Below, piece after piece: positions 58,559-64,000 of a stretch of 64,000 bases of DNA. The notes beneath the pieces were generated by a model. It did no database searches. It was not told the origin of the DNA and was given only the letters and a program-made list of their open reading frames with translations. Source of the stretch: an uncultured Planctomycetia bacterium (lineage in GTDB: Bacteria > Omnitrophota > Gorgyraeia > Duberdicusellales > 4484-171); NCBI GenBank assembly GCA_964635565.1, contig CAZWON010000001.1, positions 135,020 to 199,019 on the forward strand, written 5' to 3'. How positions within the stretch are numbered: the stretch's first letter is position 1; the number at the start of each line of letters is the position of its first letter. The translations under genes were made by a program, and so were the position numbers.

Positions 58559-59595
58559 TACAGGAAGCAATAAGAAAAATAGTTCAAAAAGAGCATTTAA
58601 ATTTTTATGAGGCAAAAGAAGTGTTTTATGAGATATTCGAAGATAGGTGTAAGGATACTCAAATAGCAGGTTTTTTAATGGGACTTTCTATTTTAGGTGA
58701 AAAAGATGAGGAGATTGCTGCAGCAGCAAGTGTAGTAAGAGAAAAGGCAATTAAGATAAACATAAGAGAAAATTCTTTAGGAGTTGAACTTAAGGAACCT
58801 TTGTTTGATACCTGTGGTACAGGTGGTTCGGGGGCAGAAAAGTTTAATATTTCTACCGCGGTTGCTTTTGTAGTAAGTAGCGCAGGGATTAAGGTTGCTA
58901 AGCATGGGAATAGAGCAGTTTCTTCTACCTGTGGAAGCGCAGATGTATTAGAGACTTTAGGAATAAAAATAGAGGTAAATCCTTCTGTTATGGAAAAGGC
59001 TATAAAGAAAATAGGATTAGGATTTCTTTTTGCCCCCTTGTATCATAAGGTATTCAGGAAAGTAGCACCTATAAGGAAAGAATTAGGGATAAGAACAATT
59101 TTTAATTTCATTGGTCCTCTTTGCAATCCTGTCTCTGTAACCCACCAGTTATTGGGAGTCTCTAATAGCGCTTTACTTCTTACTTTAGCATCTGCATTAA
59201 ATAAATTACATACTCGCAGGGCATTTGTTGTTTATGGAGAGGACTTGAAAGACGAGATTACTCTTACAGGAAAAACAAAAGTTGCTTTCTTAGACAGAGG
59301 TAGAGTCAAACAATTTAAACTCACTCCTTCTAATTTTGGCTTAAAAAAATGCACTCTTAAAGACTTAGAGGCAAAGACAAAAGATGAGAGTGCGAAGATA
59401 ATAATTGACATATTTAAAGGGAAAAAAGGAGCACCCCGCGATGTTGTTTTAGCGAATACCTCTGCGTGTTTTTATCTTCTGGGAAAAGTTAAGAACTTAA
59501 AGGAGGGTGTAAAGCTTGGTGCCTATTATATAGATGAAGGTAAAGCTATGGATAAATATCTTTATTTTAAAGATTTCTTAGAAAAATATGGGTAA
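58555..59595 (+). CDS. trpD: Anthranilate phosphoribosyltransferase
   Basis: 346 aa; DTCGTGG motif and TrpD-family sequence. Confidence 0.9.
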   Translation: MIQEAIRKIVQKEHLNFYEAKEVFYEIFEDRCKDTQIAGFLMGLSILGEKDEEIAAAASVVREKAIKINIRENSLGVELKEPLFDTCGTGGSGAEKFNISTAVAFVVSSAGIKVAKHGNRAVSSTCGSADVLETLGIKIEVNPSVMEKAIKKIGLGFLFAPLYHKVFRKVAPIRKELGIRTIFNFIGPLCNPVSVTHQLLGVSNSALLLTLASALNKLHTRRAFVVYGEDLKDEITLTGKTKVAFLDRGRVKQFKLTPSNFGLKKCTLKDLEAKTKDESAKIIIDIFKGKKGAPRDVVLANTSACFYLLGKVKNLKEGVKLGAYYIDEGKAMDKYLYFKDFLEKYG

Positions 59596-60373
59596 TATAT
59601 TATCTCTTATTTTGGAGAATAAAAAGAAACGCATTGAAATCTTAAGGAAGAATAGAGAAGGATTACTTTCTTTAATTAAAAAAGCCCCTAAGATCAGACC
59701 ATTTAAAAGTTCTATCAAAAGAGAAGGAAAGATTTCTTTGATTGCAGAATTAAAGCAGGCATCTCCTTCTGCAGGTATTCTTCGCAAGGATTTCTTCTTA
59801 AAGGATGTGGTAAGGTCCTTTATTGAGTCAAAAGTTAATGCTATATCCGTTCTTACTGAAGAGGATTTTTTTCTAGGTAAGATAAGTTATATTGAGGAAG
59901 TAAATAAGATAGCAAATATTCCTATTTTAAGGAAAGATTTTATTATAGATGAATCGCAAGTATTGGAATCAAGAGCAGCAGGGGCAGATGCTATTCTTCT
60001 TATTGCTCGCTTATTAGATAATGAACGATTGCTTCGACTATATTCGTTGGCGAAAGATTTAGGTATGGATATAGTGGTAGAAGTGCATACTCAGAAAGAA
60101 CTAAGAAGAGTGCTTTCTCTTCCCTTTGATATTATTGGGATAAACAACAGAAATTTAGATACCTTGACTATAGACTTAAACACTACTGCTAAATTGGCTC
60201 CTTTTATCTCCAAGGATATTGCTATAATAAGTGAAAGTGGCATTTCAGAGTTGAAAGATATTCTTTGGCTTAAGGGTTTGGGAATAGATGCTGTGTTAGT
60301 AGGTGAAGTAATAATGAAGTCAGAGGACGTGAATAGCAAAATAAAGGAATTACATATAGATGGTAAAGGTTAA
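59588..60373 (+). CDS. trpC: Indole-3-glycerol phosphate synthase
   Basis: 261 aa; IAELKQASPS and LRKDFI motifs of IGPS. Confidence 0.88.
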   Translation: MGNILSLILENKKKRIEILRKNREGLLSLIKKAPKIRPFKSSIKREGKISLIAELKQASPSAGILRKDFFLKDVVRSFIESKVNAISVLTEEDFFLGKISYIEEVNKIANIPILRKDFIIDESQVLESRAAGADAILLIARLLDNERLLRLYSLAKDLGMDIVVEVHTQKELRRVLSLPFDIIGINNRNLDTLTIDLNTTAKLAPFISKDIAIISESGISELKDILWLKGLGIDAVLVGEVIMKSEDVNSKIKELHIDGKG

Positions 60374-60995
60374 GATATGCGGTATTACCAACATTGACGA
60401 TGCTGTTTTCTGCTCGCAAGTCGGTGCTAATGCGTTGGGGTTTATTTTCTATAAACGGTCCCCCCGTTATATTACTCCTTCTAACGCAAAGAAAATAATC
60501 GATAAGTTAGGTCCTTTTATTGTAAAAGTAGGAGTTTTTGTTGATGAGGATAAAGGGGCAGTTTCTGAAATAGCCAACTATGTTGGTCTTGATGTTTTGC
60601 AGTTTCATGGTAAAGAAAGTCAATCTTATTGCTTTTCTTTTCTCCCTAAATTTAGAATAATAAAAACTTTCTTTCTTCCTCAATTTCCTTCATATAGTTA
60701 TGGTAAAATAGATACTTATCTTTTTGATATACGGTGGGAAGAAAAGCAGAAAAGGAAGAGAACTTTGCCTAAAGAATTTTTAAAGAGGATAAAAAGTATC
60801 GAAGGGAAAAAGATTATTATCTCAGGGGGGCTTACTCCAAGAAATGTTTTAAAGATTATAAAAACAGTTAGACCGTATGCTGTTGATGTATGTAGCGGAG
60901 TAGAGAACTTTCCTGGTAAAAAAGACAGAAATTTAGTGAGAGATTTTATTAATAAAATCCAGAGTGTTGAATCTGTTAAATATGAAAGTTCCTGA
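60360..60995 (+). CDS. trpF: Phosphoribosylanthranilate isomerase
   Basis: 211 aa; VKICGIT N-terminus and LQFHG motif. Confidence 0.85.
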   Translation: MVKVKICGITNIDDAVFCSQVGANALGFIFYKRSPRYITPSNAKKIIDKLGPFIVKVGVFVDEDKGAVSEIANYVGLDVLQFHGKESQSYCFSFLPKFRIIKTFFLPQFPSYSYGKIDTYLFDIRWEEKQKRKRTLPKEFLKRIKSIEGKKIIISGGLTPRNVLKIIKTVRPYAVDVCSGVENFPGKKDRNLVRDFINKIQSVESVKYESS

Positions 60996-62154
60996 TAGAA
61001 AAGGGTATTTTGGTAAATTTGGGGGTAGATTTATTCCGGAAACTTTATCTTTATGCTTAGATGAGTTAGATAAAGCTTACAAAAAGGTAAAAAAAGATAA
61101 GATATTTAAAAAAGAGTTATTTTATTATCTTTATAATTATGCTTCTAGACCAACCCCTCTTTATTTTGCAAGAAATCTTAGTAAAAGATTAAAACTAAAA
61201 ATATACCTTAAAAGAGAAGATGTTCTTCATACCGGTGCCCATAAAATAAATAATACGTTAGGGCAGGCTCTTCTTGCGCGTTATATGGGTAAAAAAAGAA
61301 TTATTGCTGAGACAGGAGCAGGTCAACATGGTGTAGCAACTGCTACGGTTAGCGCACTATTTGGTTTTAAATGTGATATTTATATGGGTAAAGTTGACAT
61401 AAAAAGGCAAAAAATGAATGTATTTCGTATGCATATGTTAGGAGCAAAAGTAATTCCTGTAGATAGTGGGTCCTGTACTTTAAAAGATGCCTGCAATGAA
61501 GCAATAAGAGATTGGGTTACTAATGTGAAAGATACTTATTATCTTTTAGGTTCTGTGGTAGGACCCCATCCTTATCCTCTTATAGTAAGAGATTTTCAAT
61601 CTGTTATTGGAAGAGAAACCAAAGCACAGATTATTAAGAAAGAAGGGCGTTTACCCGATTATCTTGTTGCTTGTGTAGGAGGAGGGAGTAATTCTATAGG
61701 GATGTTTCATCCATTTTTTTCTGATAAAAAGGTTAAATTTATAGGAGTAGAAGCAGGGGGAATGGGATTAAACAAGAGGCACGCTGCTACTCTTCTTAAA
61801 GGGAAAGAGGGAGTTCTTCACGGTTCTAAGTCTTTTCTTCTGGAAGATAAATTTGGTCAAGTTACAGTTCCTCATTCTATTGCTGCTGGTCTTGATTATC
61901 CAGGAGTAGGACCAGAACACGCTTATTATAAATCTATAGGTCGTGCTTGTTATGTAGCAATAAATGACAGAGAGGCTGTTGAGGCTTTTAAGCTGTTAAG
62001 TGAAGTTGAAGGGATAATCCCTGCTTTAGAGAGTGCCCATGCTATAGCATACCTGAAAAAATTAGCAAAAAAAGATAAGAATGCATTGGTTATAGTATGT
62101 TTATCAGGAAGGGGAGATAAAGACTTGAATATTGTAGAGGAATGGGAGAGATAG
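60964..62154 (+). CDS. trpB: Tryptophan synthase beta chain
   Basis: 396 aa; PLP-lysine region HTGAHKINN and GGGSN glycine loop. Confidence 0.93.
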   Translation: MLNLLNMKVPDRKGYFGKFGGRFIPETLSLCLDELDKAYKKVKKDKIFKKELFYYLYNYASRPTPLYFARNLSKRLKLKIYLKREDVLHTGAHKINNTLGQALLARYMGKKRIIAETGAGQHGVATATVSALFGFKCDIYMGKVDIKRQKMNVFRMHMLGAKVIPVDSGSCTLKDACNEAIRDWVTNVKDTYYLLGSVVGPHPYPLIVRDFQSVIGRETKAQIIKKEGRLPDYLVACVGGGSNSIGMFHPFFSDKKVKFIGVEAGGMGLNKRHAATLLKGKEGVLHGSKSFLLEDKFGQVTVPHSIAAGLDYPGVGPEHAYYKSIGRACYVAINDREAVEAFKLLSEVEGIIPALESAHAIAYLKKLAKKDKNALVIVCLSGRGDKDLNIVEEWER

Positions 62155-62927
62155 TTAAAATTTTTAAAGAACTTAAGAAAAGACGCAAGAAAGCATTTAT
62201 TGTTTATATTACATTTGGTTTTCCTACAATCACTCTTACAGAAAAGATAATTTTTTCTTTGCAAGACACAGCAGTGGATATTATTGAAATCGGTATTCCT
62301 TTCTCCGATCCTTTAGCGGATGGTCCTATACTTCAAGAGGCAGCGCAAATAGCCCTTTCTCGAGGAACTAATACTGATATTTTCTTTGCTAAAATAAAGT
62401 CAATTAAGGATAAAATTAAAACTCCTTTGGTTGTTATGACTTATTATAATCCTGTGTATTGCTATGGTGTGGATAGATTTTTAAAGAAAGTGTATGAAAG
62501 TGGTATAAAAGGGATAATGATAGTTGATTTACCCATTGAAGAGGCTCATAGTTTTGTGGAAAAAAGTCGTTTTTTTGACTTGGATACAGTATTTTTTATT
62601 ACTTCCCAGACTACAAAAGAGAGGATAAAAAAAATAGTTAGAGTCTCAAAGGGGTTTATTTATTATATCTCTATTACTGGTATAACGGGTCCTCATCATT
62701 TGTCTTTTAACTTCATTAAAAAAGATGTTCATTGTATAAAAAGAATAAAAAATATTCCTGTATGTGTGGGTTTTGGTATTCATAAGAGAGCACAGGTTAA
62801 AAAAATATCTGAGATAAGCGATGGTTTTATTATAGGCAGTGCTTTTGCTAAGTTCATAAAAGACAATTATACTAAGAAAGACTTTTCTAAAAGAATAAAA
62901 GATTTTATAAATAGGATATATGTTTGA
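62142..62927 (+). CDS. trpA: Tryptophan synthase alpha chain
   Basis: 261 aa; TIM-barrel TrpA sequence ([14 protein letters not shown]). Confidence 0.88.
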   Translation: MGEIVKIFKELKKRRKKAFIVYITFGFPTITLTEKIIFSLQDTAVDIIEIGIPFSDPLADGPILQEAAQIALSRGTNTDIFFAKIKSIKDKIKTPLVVMTYYNPVYCYGVDRFLKKVYESGIKGIMIVDLPIEEAHSFVEKSRFFDLDTVFFITSQTTKERIKKIVRVSKGFIYYISITGITGPHHLSFNFIKKDVHCIKRIKNIPVCVGFGIHKRAQVKKISEISDGFIIGSAFAKFIKDNYTKKDFSKRIKDFINRIYV

Positions 62928-64000
62928 GATAATAGAAAAAGAAGGAGTAAAATTCATTTTTTCAGCTATTAAAGGTATGGGTACTTCTGCGGTGGGTGTT
63001 TTTGTTAATGTAGGAGCACGTTATGAAAATAATTCTACAAAAGGTATAGCACATTTTCTTGAACATATAGTTTTTAAAGGTTCAAAAAAATATTCTTATA
63101 AGAAGATTAAAGAAGAAATTGAGGGAAGAGGAGGTATTCTTAATGGTTTCACTTCTCAAGAGGTTACAGGATATTATTCTTATTGCCTTTCATATAATAT
63201 TGAGAAAACATTGGATATTCTTTTAGATATGGTTTTGTTTCCTCTGTTAAACAAAAGTGATATAGAGAAAGAAAGAAATGTCATTTTGGAGGAGATAAAA
63301 ATGCACAATGATCTTCCTCATGCCAGAGCAAGCTCTTTATTGGACAGTTTGTTATGGCCTCAGCATCCTTTAGGTAAAGATGTAATAGGAGACATTGATA
63401 CAGTTAAGAATATTAAAAGAGCCGATTTGTATTTATTTAAAAAACGATTTTATTCCCCTTCTAATATTATTATCGTTTGTGTATCTGATTATAATAAGGA
63501 TAAAATATCTAAACTTATTTTGAATAAGACAAAAGGGTTTCTCCGAAAAAACCCTCATCTTTATAATAAGTGTCCTTCTTCTTTATCAAAAAGTAAAATT
63601 CTTATTGAAAAAAAGGAGATAGATCAATGCCATCTTTGTATAGGATTTAGAGCGCCTTCTGCACGTAGTAAAGCACGTTTTATCATAGAACTTATACATA
63701 TTATTTTAGGAGCAAATATGAGCAGTAGATTATTTGAAGAATTGAGGGAAAAGAGGGGGCTGTGTTATGATATTTCTACGGAAGTTAAAAGATTTAAGGA
63801 TAGCGGTGCTTTTTCTATTCATGTGGGATTAGATAGTCGCAATATCATAATTGCTTTGAAAAGGATTTTCAGGGAACTTAAGCTTTTAAAAGAAAAAGAG
63901 GTTTCTAAGAAGGAATTGGAGAGAGCAAAAGATTATTTTCTCGGTCAGATGTTTATGAATATAGAGCGTCCCCAAGGAAGAATGTTCTATCTCATAGATT
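62920..64000 (+). CDS. M16-family zinc metallopeptidase (pitrilysin-like), 3'-truncated at window end
   Basis: Absent from the ORF track because no stop occurs before the window end. ATG at 62920 overlaps the trpA stop (ATGTTTGA). I translated 360 codons without a stop. HFLEH zinc-binding inverted motif at residues ~45-49. Confidence 0.8.
   Translation, partial: MFEIIEKEGVKFIFSAIKGMGTSAVGVFVNVGARYENNSTKGIAHFLEHIVFKGSKKYSYKKIKEEIEGRGGILNGFTSQEVTGYYSYCLSYNIEKTLDILLDMVLFPLLNKSDIEKERNVILEEIKMHNDLPHARASSLLDSLLWPQHPLGKDVIGDIDTVKNIKRADLYLFKKRFYSPSNIIIVCVSDYNKDKISKLILNKTKGFLRKNPHLYNKCPSSLSKSKILIEKKEIDQCHLCIGFRAPSARSKARFIIELIHIILGANMSSRLFEELREKRGLCYDISTEVKRFKDSGAFSIHVGLDSRNIIIALKRIFRELKLLKEKEVSKKELERAKDYFLGQMFMNIERPQGRMFYLID

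Noticed and set aside
1-64000. CRISPR arrays, insertion sequences, integrases, phage genes, toxin-antitoxin pairs, stop-codon reassignment
   Set aside because: I saw no regularly spaced repeats, no transposase/integrase/recombinase-like ORFs and no short paired ORFs in the intergenic gaps. All conserved genes translate cleanly with the standard code (no in-frame TGA/TAG needing recoding). The window looks like conserved core chromosome.

Overview
This is an AT-rich bacterial chromosomal window read with the standard genetic code. Almost every gene is on the + strand. Positions 1-21267 hold the 3' end of rpoC, the str operon (rpsL-rpsG-fusA-tuf) and an uninterrupted S10-spc-alpha ribosomal-protein superoperon (rpsJ through rplQ, with secY-adk-map-infA-rpmJ embedded). 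The small rpmJ gene is missing from the ORF track and was found by reading the infA-rpsM gap; no rpmD is present. After the ribosomal block comes a compact central-metabolism cluster: an archaeal-size LeuC/aconitase-family large subunit, an orphan pilT, the matching LeuD-like small subunit, an IDH-type dehydrogenase, malate dehydrogenase and a small Lpd-family flavoprotein. Further downstream are rodA with a TIGR03960-type radical SAM / DUF2344 pair, a minus-strand polyamine operon (speH-speE-second speH paralog), nth, and a GH5 / Rpe-like / YibQ-like carbohydrate operon. These are followed by queH, a YhcC-type radical SAM, dtd, lgt, mgtE, an amidase, murI, queD-queC-queE, and a two-subunit class I fumarase. 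An iron-handling island (small membrane protein, MbfA-like erythrin-VIT1, DUF4870) follows, with a divergent SplB-like radical SAM. The window ends with a TPR protein, polA, glgA, coaE, rho, rpmE-prfA-prmC-murA, a trp operon (trpG-D-C-F-B-A, no trpE) and the start of an M16 peptidase that runs off the end. No tRNA, rRNA, CRISPR array, transposase or integrase is recognisable, so this looks like core chromosome rather than an accessory island. I did not find an obvious self-contained unknown system. The items most worth a second look are gene-organisation oddities (pilT wedged inside a leuCD-like pair, a second speH paralog, an Rpe-like protein with altered metal ligands), Cys4 insertions in EF-Tu and L24, a structured 271-nt intergenic region before rodA, and leaderless-type promoter/start arrangements. 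All functional calls rest on my reading of the translated ORFs and motifs; no database searches were run.
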